Shown here: positions 19,762 to 28,101 of the stretch, one piece after another | How positions within the stretch are numbered: the stretch's first letter is position 1 | Layout: every line of letters starts with the position of its first letter | Source of the DNA: an uncultured Lachnospiraceae bacterium | GTDB taxonomy: Bacteria; Bacillota; Clostridia; Lachnospirales; Lachnospiraceae | Assembly: GCA_947630085.1 (NCBI GenBank) | Contig: CANRGP010000001.1 | Location: 9,232 to 73,231 of the forward strand | Length of the DNA stretch: 64,000 nucleotides | Reading direction: 5' to 3' | Notes under the pieces: model-generated | What the model saw: the letters and a program-made list of their open reading frames with translations, nothing else | Database searches by the model: none | What the model was told of the DNA's origin: nothing | Translations under genes and position numbers: made by a program

Positions 19762-20460
19762 ATGAAAATACGCGGATTGCAAAAAACAACGCTTCTGGAC
19801 TTCCCCGAGCGTGTGGCCGCCACCGTTTTTCTGGGGGGATGTAATTTCCGATGCCCGTTCTGCCACAACGCAGATCTGCTTGAGGCAGATTCCGGAGAAG
19901 AGATAAGCGAAGAAGAACTTCTGGATTTTCTGAAAAAGAGGGCCGGGATCCTCGACGGCGTGTGCATCACCGGAGGGGAACCCACCCTATGGCCCCGGGA
20001 AGTATCCGAGCTGATGCGCTCCATCCGCCGTCTGGGTCTGGAAGTGAAACTGGATACCAACGGCTACCGGCCCCATGTGCTGAAGGAGCTCTGCGCCGAG
20101 GGGCTGGTGGACTACGTGGCTATGGACATCAAAGCAGGCCGCCCCAACTATCCGAAGGTCTGCGGCGTTCCTTCTCTCCGGCTGGAAGCGGTAGAAGAAA
20201 GCGCCGCCTTTCTGATGGAGGGGCGGACTCCCTATGAATTCCGGACGACGGCCGTAAAGGGCCTGCATACCTCTGAAGACTTTGCGGATATCGCAGAATG
20301 GATCAGTGGCTGCCGGGCATACTTTCTCCAGGGCTTTGTCGATTCCGGCCACGTACTGACAAAAGGGTGGAGCTCCTTTTCCCGGGCTGAACTCTGCCGG
20401 TTCGCGGAGGTAGTAAAGCCTTCGGTTCCCTGCGTACAGATCAGAGGCGTAGACTATTGA
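19762..20460 (+). CDS. nrdG: Anaerobic ribonucleotide reductase activating protein (radical SAM)
   Basis: GCNFRCPFCHN, ITGGEPT, KLDTNG, YEFRTT; SD GGAGG before ATG 19762. Confidence 0.85.
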   Translation: MKIRGLQKTTLLDFPERVAATVFLGGCNFRCPFCHNADLLEADSGEEISEEELLDFLKKRAGILDGVCITGGEPTLWPREVSELMRSIRRLGLEVKLDTNGYRPHVLKELCAEGLVDYVAMDIKAGRPNYPKVCGVPSLRLEAVEESAAFLMEGRTPYEFRTTAVKGLHTSEDFADIAEWISGCRAYFLQGFVDSGHVLTKGWSSFSRAELCRFAEVVKPSVPCVQIRGVDY

Positions 20461-20476
20461 CCCTGCGGCGTATCGA

Positions 20477-21886
20477 TCATGTCGCCAGGCGAATATCCGT
20501 ATACCAGTACCCGAACCGTCCGTCCCCTGCCGGCTGCATCTTGGACAGCACAAAATTGGGGAAACCAAACATGGACGCCATATATTTTTCGTTGCTGTAA
20601 TAATGTCCCGGAACGCCGAGAAGGAAACGCACCTCGCCCTTTTGCCCTACCAGCCTCGCCAGGATCAGATAGCGATGGTTGTAGTAGCCGTGAAGCAGAA
20701 AACTGTTGTTTCCGTAATTCCATGTCTCGCGGGGAAGCAGGCCGATATCCTGCGGCTTGATCAGCAGTGTCTCGCATCCGCCCTGATAATCAAACGCCTG
20801 GATCTTCGGATAATGGCGCTGGAAGTGAAGCCACAGCTTCTCCACGTCCTCTTTTTCCGCCTGCTCATCCTGTTCAAACTGCATCAGCCGGTCCGACTGC
20901 TGCGAATCAAAAAGCGGTTCCTCCGGCTGCGGGGCGCGCGGCGGCTCCGGCATCTCCGATGTCTCCTGCCTCGGCGCTTCCGGCTGTGCCGGCATTTCCG
21001 GCATCTCCCGCCTCGGCGCTTCCGGCTGTGCCGGCATTTCCGGCATCTCCCGCCTCGGCGACTCCGGCTGTGCCGGCATTTCCGGCATCTCCCGCCTCGG
21101 CGGCTCCGGCTGTGCCGGCATTTCCGGCATCTCCCGCCTCGGCGCTTCCGGCTGTGCCGGCATTTCCGGCATCTCCCGCATCGGCGCTTCCGGCTGTGCC
21201 GGCATCTCCGGTGTCTCCCGTCCCGGCAACTCCGGCTGTACCGGTATTTCCGGCATCTCCCGCCTCGGCGCTTCCAGCTGTGCCGGCAGCTCCGACCGCA
21301 TCGGACGCGCGGCGGCTTCCGCTCTCATGGCGCGCGGCGGCTCCGGGCGCGGCTCCGGCTTTTTCCGTCCCATAATTTCCGCCTCGATGGAATCCACCAC
21401 CGATGTTTTTTTTGCGAAATCCATTTCCCTTAACGTCTTCTCATAAATCTCGCTTCCCGGAATCCTGGCCGTTTCCCGCCTCTCCGCTTCCTCCGCGGTA
21501 ACATCCTCCAGGTCCACAGCAGCCGCATGGGCCACGGCATCTTCCCATATCGTCGTGTAGGAATACCAGGTATCGTCCATACTGTGTACGGTCAGACCAT
21601 AGCATTGCTCAAGACTCACTCCCGATCCCGCCACATCCCCGTACGCAACCGATGTCCGGAACTCGCCCGCTCCGCCGCGCAGGAATATTTTTCCGATCAG
21701 GATTTCCCGGTCTCCGGCAAGCAGAAAAACGCCCTCGTCCTGGTTGCCCATGTAGACGTTTCTTACGCTCACCTGTATCTTGCACTGACCCCTCCGGGCT
21801 TCCAGTTTGGCAAACCCGATATTTTTTCCTTTTATTCCGCCTTCATATGCGTATATGTAGGAAATCAATCTTCGATAATCGGACAT
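20477..21886 (-). CDS. DUF6128-like protein with Pro/Glu-rich repeat linker
   Basis: Conserved N-terminus (YRRLISYIYAYE) and C-terminus (NNSFLLHGYYNHRYL...GYW). Confidence 0.7.
   Translation of the reverse strand: MSDYRRLISYIYAYEGGIKGKNIGFAKLEARRGQCKIQVSVRNVYMGNQDEGVFLLAGDREILIGKIFLRGGAGEFRTSVAYGDVAGSGVSLEQCYGLTVHSMDDTWYSYTTIWEDAVAHAAAVDLEDVTAEEAERRETARIPGSEIYEKTLREMDFAKKTSVVDSIEAEIMGRKKPEPRPEPPRAMRAEAAARPMRSELPAQLEAPRREMPEIPVQPELPGRETPEMPAQPEAPMREMPEMPAQPEAPRREMPEMPAQPEPPRREMPEMPAQPESPRREMPEMPAQPEAPRREMPEMPAQPEAPRQETSEMPEPPRAPQPEEPLFDSQQSDRLMQFEQDEQAEKEDVEKLWLHFQRHYPKIQAFDYQGGCETLLIKPQDIGLLPRETWNYGNNSFLLHGYYNHRYLILARLVGQKGEVRFLLGVPGHYYSNEKYMASMFGFPNFVLSKMQPAGDGRFGYWYTDIRLAT
20948..21290 (-). 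repeat. Intragenic 42-bp tandem repeat (about 7-8 copies of REMPEMPAQPEAPR)
   Basis: Directly visible, e.g. GCATCTCC at 21001 and 21043. Confidence 0.95.
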
Positions 21887-22071
21887 ACTATCACCTCGCT
21901 GATACTATTTTATGAGGATACCCGGCAAAAGTATTCCGATTAAAAAAGAAAAGGTTGACTTTTTAAGGCAATCGCTTAGTATAATACATATATACTGCTG
22001 CGCGGGATATGCAGGGCATATCCGGATTTGGGAGTTTATTATACCCGCACACACATTGGGAGGCATAATTC

Positions 22072-23139
22072 ATGAAAAAAATCTTTCTGACCGGCGGCGG
22101 TTCTGCCGGTCACGTAACACCGAATCTGGCGCTGGTCCCCTCTCTTCAGGAACGCGGCTACGAGATCCTCTATGTCGGATCCTATCAGGGCATCGAAAAA
22201 ACGCTGATCGAAAACGCCAGGATCCCGTACGAGGGCATCTCCTCCGGGAAACTCCGCAGATACTTTGATCTGAAGAACTTCACCGATCCCTTCCGTGTGA
22301 TCAAGGGATACGGTGAGTCCCTTAAATTGATGAAAAAATATAAACCCGACGTGGTCTTCTCAAAAGGCGGCTTCGTATCGGTCCCCGTTGTTCTGGCGGC
22401 AAAGCACTATCATATACCGGTCATCATCCATGAATCGGATATGACCCCGGGGCTTGCCAATAAGCTCTGTATTCCTTCCGCCCGGAAGGTATGCTGCAAC
22501 TTCCCGGAAACCCTTAAATATCTTCCCGCCGAAAAAGCGGTTCTGACCGGCTCCCCGATCCGCAGAGAGCTGCTTGAGGGCGACCGTCTTGCGGGCCTGA
22601 ACTACGCTCATCTGTCCGCGGATAAACCGGTGATCCTGGTGATCGGAGGCAGTCTGGGAGCCGTAGCTGTCAATCAGGCGGTCCGCTCCCTCCTGCCCAG
22701 ACTTCTCCCGAAATATCAGGTCGTGCATATCTGCGGAAAAGACCATCTCGATGAATCTCTGATGAATACAGAAGGATATGTACAGTATGAATATGTAGAT
22801 GAGCCGCTTAAGCATCTGTTCGCCGCTGCCGATCTGATCCTGTCCAGGGCCGGCGCCAACTCCATCTGCGAGATCCTGGCTCTCCGCAAGCCCAACATAC
22901 TGATCCCGCTTTCGGCCGCCGCAAGCCGCGGGGACCAGATATTAAATGCCAATTCCTTTGCCAGACAGGGATACAGTACGGTTATTGAGGAGGAAGCTCT
23001 TAACGATGATCTCCTCATGCAGACGATCGCAGATACTTTTGCCCGCAAGGACGAATTTATCCACAATATGGAACACAGTCAGCTCAACAACGCCATCGAT
23101 ACGATCGTAGGCTTGATAGAAGAATGTGCGGCGGTATGA
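22072..23139 (+). CDS. murG: Lipid II GlcNAc transferase
   Basis: TGGGSAGHV, KGGFVS, HESD, GGSLGA, DQILNA. Confidence 0.96.
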   Translation: MKKIFLTGGGSAGHVTPNLALVPSLQERGYEILYVGSYQGIEKTLIENARIPYEGISSGKLRRYFDLKNFTDPFRVIKGYGESLKLMKKYKPDVVFSKGGFVSVPVVLAAKHYHIPVIIHESDMTPGLANKLCIPSARKVCCNFPETLKYLPAEKAVLTGSPIRRELLEGDRLAGLNYAHLSADKPVILVIGGSLGAVAVNQAVRSLLPRLLPKYQVVHICGKDHLDESLMNTEGYVQYEYVDEPLKHLFAAADLILSRAGANSICEILALRKPNILIPLSAAASRGDQILNANSFARQGYSTVIEEEALNDDLLMQTIADTFARKDEFIHNMEHSQLNNAIDTIVGLIEECAAV

Positions 23140-23160
23140 TCCGCCGCACATTCCGTTTTT
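23122..23160 (+). terminator. Intrinsic terminator after murG
   Basis: GAATGTGCGGCGG/CCGCCGCACATTC stem followed by a T-run. Confidence 0.7.
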
Positions 23161-23166
23161 AAAATC

Positions 23167-23760
23167 TCATTGCTGCAGGTTCTTGCCGCTTCCCTTCGGT
23201 CTTCCTCGCTTTTTTCTGGTATCTTCTCCATAAACAAGCCATTTCTCCAGCTGCTTACGGATCCTGGAAATCCGCATTCTGCAGGTTGCCTCAGAAATAT
23301 GAAGACGTTCACTGACCTCACGTACCGGCCTTCTCTCTACCAGGCACTGCGTGACGATCTCCTGCATCTCCGGGCTCAGAGACAGTATCCCCTGGCGCAC
23401 ATAATTCAGATCTTCCCTGGCCTCCAGCGTCTGCACAATATCCGGCGATATCAGTTCTTTAATATACAGATATTCTCCCTCGACGGCAAATTCCTCGATG
23501 CTGACGCTCTGATGCCTGTTCTTCTCCCGAAAATAATCGGCGCACCGATGATGCAGGATGGTCATCAGTACCGCTTTTCTTTGGGCCTCATCCCATTCGG
23601 TGAAGGTCCTCTGGTATCTCTCTATAAACGCACAATATGTATCCTGAACAATATCGGAAATTTCCTCCTGGGGAATTCCTTTCCTGTATGCCACAAAGCG
23701 GAGAACCTTCTCGTGTTCATTATACAGTGCCTGCAACAATTCTCTCTGCTCCGGTTGCAT
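23167..23760 (-). CDS. ECF-type RNA polymerase sigma factor
   Basis: Region 2 (DIVQDTY...CADYFR) and region 4 HTH (EVSERLHISEATCRMRISR). Confidence 0.85.
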   Translation of the reverse strand: MQPEQRELLQALYNEHEKVLRFVAYRKGIPQEEISDIVQDTYCAFIERYQRTFTEWDEAQRKAVLMTILHHRCADYFREKNRHQSVSIEEFAVEGEYLYIKELISPDIVQTLEAREDLNYVRQGILSLSPEMQEIVTQCLVERRPVREVSERLHISEATCRMRISRIRKQLEKWLVYGEDTRKKRGRPKGSGKNLQQ

Positions 23761-23776
23761 TCACATTCACCCACTT

Positions 23777-24190
23777 TTACAGTTCTGCTCTGACCGCCTC
23801 AACGATCTTTTCTTTATCTGCTTCATCCAGACGCCCCGGTTCCCATGCCACAATTTTCGATCCTCCCTGATAACGCGGAATTATGTGAACATGAAAATGC
23901 CGAACCGTCTGACCGGCTTCTTCTCCATTATTCTGTACAAGGTTAAAACCCGGACAGCCCAATGCTTTTATCATTGCTTTTCCCATTTTCCTGGCAAGCG
24001 GAAGAACCTTTTCCGCCGTGGAATCCTCCAGTTCACACAGATCCGCATAGTGCTCCTTGGGAAGTATAAGAGCGTGTCCCCTGGTAGCGGGTCCCAAGTC
24101 CAGTATCACGCGAAAGTCATGATCTTCATAAAGCGTAGCAGATGGTATCTCACCGTTTGCGATCTTACAAAAAATACAGTCTTCCTTCAT
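23777..24190 (-). CDS. HIT family nucleotide hydrolase
   Basis: DCIFCKI and HFHVHII; true start 24190 after SD AGGAGG (the track ORF is over-extended). Confidence 0.93.
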   Translation of the reverse strand: MKEDCIFCKIANGEIPSATLYEDHDFRVILDLGPATRGHALILPKEHYADLCELEDSTAEKVLPLARKMGKAMIKALGCPGFNLVQNNGEEAGQTVRHFHVHIIPRYQGGSKIVAWEPGRLDEADKEKIVEAVRAEL

Positions 24191-24804
24191 GATCCGTCCT
24201 CCTGTCTGTTTATATTTTTGGGCTTTCGATACAAAAGAGCCCCCATAAGGATCCCAAGAACAAGCCCTGCGATATGTGCGGTATTGTTGATGCCCTGACT
24301 GGTAAAGCCAAAGTACAAGGACAGCAGGATCGCAAATATCAGCTGCCTCGCGCTTAAATCCTCCAGCCTGCCATGATTGACAAGAACCGCATACAAAAGT
24401 CCGCCTATGACTCCGAATACCGCGCCTGAAGCCCCCGCAGATACAACCGTTGACGCCGCATCTATCTCCGTCCAAAAGGATGCCAGGTTTGCCCCGATGC
24501 CGCATACAAGATAAAAAACCGCATATTTGATACTGCCAAGCGCCCTCTCCAGATTATCGCCCAGCACATACAGGATCAGCATATTATTCAGAATGTGGCC
24601 GATCCCAAAGTGCATGAAAACTGCAGTCAGGCATCTCCAGTATTCTCCCCGGAGTACGGCGGGCGTGTACATAGCCCCGTGCTCGATCATAAAGCGGCCG
24701 TTCTCCGTAGAGCCGATGATCTCCAAATAGCCAAAGCACAGAAAATTGATCGCTATGATCGTAAGATTGGCATAGGCTATCCTGCGGTTTTTTTCATTTT
24801 TCAT
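24187..24804 (-). CDS. Rhomboid intramembrane serine protease
   Basis: WR motif, HILNNM, GASGA, AHIAG. Confidence 0.92.
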   Translation of the reverse strand: MKNEKNRRIAYANLTIIAINFLCFGYLEIIGSTENGRFMIEHGAMYTPAVLRGEYWRCLTAVFMHFGIGHILNNMLILYVLGDNLERALGSIKYAVFYLVCGIGANLASFWTEIDAASTVVSAGASGAVFGVIGGLLYAVLVNHGRLEDLSARQLIFAILLSLYFGFTSQGINNTAHIAGLVLGILMGALLYRKPKNINRQEDGS

Positions 24805-24864
24805 GTGACAGCTCCTTTTATATCTTTTCAATTATAACACGGCTGTCAAAAAATGTTAAGAACT

Positions 24865-26298
24865 TTATTGGAAACTGAACCGAAGATCTGCCAGAGCGAC
24901 CTGATCTCCCGGCTCCAGCTCTACGCTTTCATTGGCCTCAAGGACCCGCCCGTTAACCGATGTTCCGTTTGTCGAATTGAGATCCGTCAGCCAGTATGCA
25001 TTTTCCTTTCGGTCGATCCGCGCGTGAAGACGCGAGATCGTATCCCTTTTTAATATAAAATCCGCCAGGTTCTCCTGCTTGCCGATCAGGAACGGATAGT
25101 AGGAGATCGGAATCACCTCCTCGTTCCCTGCCTCTCCCACAAGTCTTCGCACGCCTCCCTGCGTCTCCCGCTTCCAGAGAAGAGCGGTCTGTATGGAATC
25201 CGTTTCTCTCTCCTGCGGAACGTCCTTCGGAGCTTCCTTTTTCTCACACGCAGCGGCGTTTTGCTGCTCTTCCTCATCGGAAAAAAATGCCTCCCAGGAA
25301 TGATCCTCCTGCATGGAAAAATGTCCGGCAGGCTGCGTCCCATATGTATCCCCATGCCGGCTTTCCTCTTTCCTGGGATCCGTATGCTCCGTTTTCGGTG
25401 ATCGGCTGCGGCTTTCGGTTTTCTCTCCTCTCATATTTGATTTCCATATTGCCAGCGCGGCTGCGGCAGCACATCCCCCCGCCAGAATCGGACCGTACCT
25501 GACGATCGCCCACATCCCCCTCCACAGCCAGAGAGCCATCACGGCTGCCGCGGGAACCGCAAGCCATTTCAGGATTCGGATCGGCTGCCGCGGATATTTT
25601 TCTTTCCGCTCCTTCACGGGAAATACTCCTCCATGCTCCCTGTCTCTTTCCGTCTCTCCTCCGTCCGTTATATCCGTTTCCCCGTCCGCCGCCTGTTTGT
25701 CCTCCCATTGCCCATCCTCCCAGGGTGCAGGCAGATCATCACGATCCTCCCCGGAAAGCTTCCGCATCATACCATCGATACTGTAGTTCTCCTTCAGGCT
25801 CTCCCGGTACATTCCATAGATCATGACTACAGCCTCCTGATCCTGGTGATCCGCCTTCCCCAGAAGGAACTGCAGAAGACGGCTGAAGTCCTGAGGGAAA
25901 TTTCCTCGGTGTCCCGGAAGCAGGCAAAGTCCGACCTGAAATGAATCCGGATCCACATAGACAAACTGGGGATCCAGAAGGATCCCATCCTCCGAAAGCA
26001 GATATCCCACTATCCGGGAGAGCGTCCGGCCAATGCCCAAAAGCAGCCGGCGCATCTGCTCCGCGCCGATCCATTTTCTCTCCAAAAGCCTGGAAAGAGG
26101 CTGTTTTGATGTGATCTCATAGCAAAACCAGCACCGATCGTCCTCCCTTCGCATCCAAAACGTAAGCAGTCCCGCAACCTTGTTCTCAGACAGCATCTGA
26201 GCCTCAAATCCCTGCTGCTCCTGCCCGGCCGCTATCATCAGATAATTTCTTTTCGTCTCTCTGCGGTAGCTGACCTCAAGTTCCTCATTTGCCTCCAT
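24865..26298 (-). CDS. DUF6382 + TM + FHA domain protein (Tad locus)
   Basis: C-terminal FHA (IGK...ISRLHA...DLNSTNGT); central TM pair; N-terminal YEITSKQPL domain. Confidence 0.8.
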   Translation of the reverse strand: MEANEELEVSYRRETKRNYLMIAAGQEQQGFEAQMLSENKVAGLLTFWMRREDDRCWFCYEITSKQPLSRLLERKWIGAEQMRRLLLGIGRTLSRIVGYLLSEDGILLDPQFVYVDPDSFQVGLCLLPGHRGNFPQDFSRLLQFLLGKADHQDQEAVVMIYGMYRESLKENYSIDGMMRKLSGEDRDDLPAPWEDGQWEDKQAADGETDITDGGETERDREHGGVFPVKERKEKYPRQPIRILKWLAVPAAAVMALWLWRGMWAIVRYGPILAGGCAAAAALAIWKSNMRGEKTESRSRSPKTEHTDPRKEESRHGDTYGTQPAGHFSMQEDHSWEAFFSDEEEQQNAAACEKKEAPKDVPQERETDSIQTALLWKRETQGGVRRLVGEAGNEEVIPISYYPFLIGKQENLADFILKRDTISRLHARIDRKENAYWLTDLNSTNGTSVNGRVLEANESVELEPGDQVALADLRFSFQ

Positions 26299-26701
26299 TG
26301 TCCCCTTCTCCTTCTGAAAGACCGTCAAAAACGGTAAGCAGTCTCATCATATTTTCCGGTTCATGGGCATTCTCCCGTATTTCCTTTTCCCATCCGTCTC
26401 CGCTGGCACTGCCGGTAATACGCGCATTTCCGAAAGCGTCTCTGTCCCGCTCCGTCTGTCCGAACCATGCGTCTCCCGAAATCTCCCAGATATCCTCCTG
26501 CTCCTGTCCCTTCGCCAGCTCCACCGTATGATGAAGCCGCATGGCCCCCGTAGTCTGCCGGCAGCGGAAATATGCCTCCCGGATAAGAAGGCTCAGTGCC
26601 ATCAAAACGATTGCCATCACATATGACGCTTCTATGCTGAAGGAGGCGTGAAGAACGGGCCAACCCTCCCCCGTCCTTTTGGATTTCTCTGTTTCTGTCA
26701 T
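26285..26701 (-). CDS. TadE-like minor pilin
   Basis: A-S-F-S-I-E-A-S followed by a hydrophobic helix; start MTETE at 26701. Confidence 0.6.
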   Translation of the reverse strand: MTETEKSKRTGEGWPVLHASFSIEASYVMAIVLMALSLLIREAYFRCRQTTGAMRLHHTVELAKGQEQEDIWEISGDAWFGQTERDRDAFGNARITGSASGDGWEKEIRENAHEPENMMRLLTVFDGLSEGEGDNGGK

Positions 26702-26727
26702 TCTCGATCTTCTCCTTTTCCGGTTTT

Positions 26728-27144
26728 TTATCTGCAGACTGTCCATATGCCCGGCAGAAGCACGCAGGCCAGGAAGGGGACGGTTTCTCCCCGGCATCCC
26801 GTTCCGCGCAGACGGTTTTTCATTATGATCACCATGGACCATAAACCCCCGATACACAGGCTCATAATAAACATCATCGCCAGCTCAGCCAGATCGAAGT
26901 AGCAGGCGCTCATAAGGAAAAACAGGGCGTCTCCTTCCCCCAGGGATCCGTCGGTCGCCCGGCTTATGAGCAGAAGAAGCAGTCCTGCCGCAGCCGCAGC
27001 TAAATGCTCCGCAATGCCTGTTGAAAACGCATGGATGATCCCGGGAAGCAGCGGGAACGCGAGCAGACACACAGACACACTTCGTGTCCGCACGTCGCTC
27101 CAGGCCGCCATTATCAGAAAAACCAGCCAGATCCATCTCATCAT
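26728..27144 (-). CDS. Short A24 prepilin peptidase
   Basis: WSDVRTR, GEGD, VPF motifs. Confidence 0.75.
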   Translation of the reverse strand: MMRWIWLVFLIMAAWSDVRTRSVSVCLLAFPLLPGIIHAFSTGIAEHLAAAAAGLLLLLISRATDGSLGEGDALFFLMSACYFDLAELAMMFIMSLCIGGLWSMVIIMKNRLRGTGCRGETVPFLACVLLPGIWTVCR

Positions 27145-27159
27145 CGGTTTTCTCCTCTT

Positions 27160-28044
27160 TTATTTGCGGAAGCAATAGGAACAGGCCCCCAGATATTCCA
27201 CTTCAGACCGCCGCACAGCAGTAACATAAGCAATGATCGCCGTGCAGGAGGCACTGGTATGGTAATGCGTTCCGGACGGCATGATAAAAACCGTGGAAGC
27301 ACCCGTTTTCCGGTCTCCGGAGGCGCATCTGGCACAGGCCGCATATCTGCCGCCGCTTTCATTCCGGTAATTTTCGATCTGATCCAGAAATACCTCCGTC
27401 AGCTGATTGTACAGATAATGGCAGTCCGCGCGGATATGATACCGTGTACTCTCCTTCCCCACATAGACGATCGGATCCTCTCCGTTCTCCCCGGAAGGAT
27501 CCCCTTCCCCGCATCCGCCGTCTCTTCCCACCCAGGCGCGCAGATAACAGCAGCTTGTGCGGGACACATCTCCGAGTCCGAAAAGACTGTACGGCAGGCG
27601 CATCCGATAATCGGCCACGATCTCAATGTTTTCGCCGTCGTCCAGGATCTGCGAGCGGGCAAGACTAAGATCGCTGACAGGAAGGCTGCCTGCCTTTACA
27701 CGGATCATCCCCTCGGCATAGGCATAAGCCGCAGCCGCATCAACAAAAGCGTTTCCGACAGTCTTTCCCGTATCCCGGACATCATCCCCCGGACGCACAT
27801 AGGCCATTTCACTGATCTCCTCCCCCACGGAAGTCACAATCGCCTGCATCTGCCTCTCCACATCCAGGATCCTGAACGGAGCCATGAGAACGGCCGCAGC
27901 AAACAGCAGAACCGGAAGAACCAGCGCGGCCTCCACCGTAAGTCCCGCGGGGACGGAATCGGATGCTCCTCTTCCGGCAGGCCATGATCTGCGCGGGATT
28001 CGTACCTGGAGAGTTGGTTGAATTATTTTTTTTACATTGCACAT
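27160..28044 (-). CDS. TadE-like minor pilin with C-terminal Cys/His metal-binding repeats
   Basis: AGLTVEAALVLP pilin N-terminus; YH...C...CARC and YH...C...CSYC. Confidence 0.7.
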   Translation of the reverse strand: MCNVKKIIQPTLQVRIPRRSWPAGRGASDSVPAGLTVEAALVLPVLLFAAAVLMAPFRILDVERQMQAIVTSVGEEISEMAYVRPGDDVRDTGKTVGNAFVDAAAAYAYAEGMIRVKAGSLPVSDLSLARSQILDDGENIEIVADYRMRLPYSLFGLGDVSRTSCCYLRAWVGRDGGCGEGDPSGENGEDPIVYVGKESTRYHIRADCHYLYNQLTEVFLDQIENYRNESGGRYAACARCASGDRKTGASTVFIMPSGTHYHTSASCTAIIAYVTAVRRSEVEYLGACSYCFRK

Positions 28045-28101
28045 TTTTTTCGTCGGACCTGCTCAGAAAAAGAGCATCCGATTCCGTCCCCCTTTCCGGA
28101 C

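Noticed and set aside
20948-21290. Possible CRISPR or non-coding repeat
   Set aside because: In-frame coding tandem repeat without spacers.
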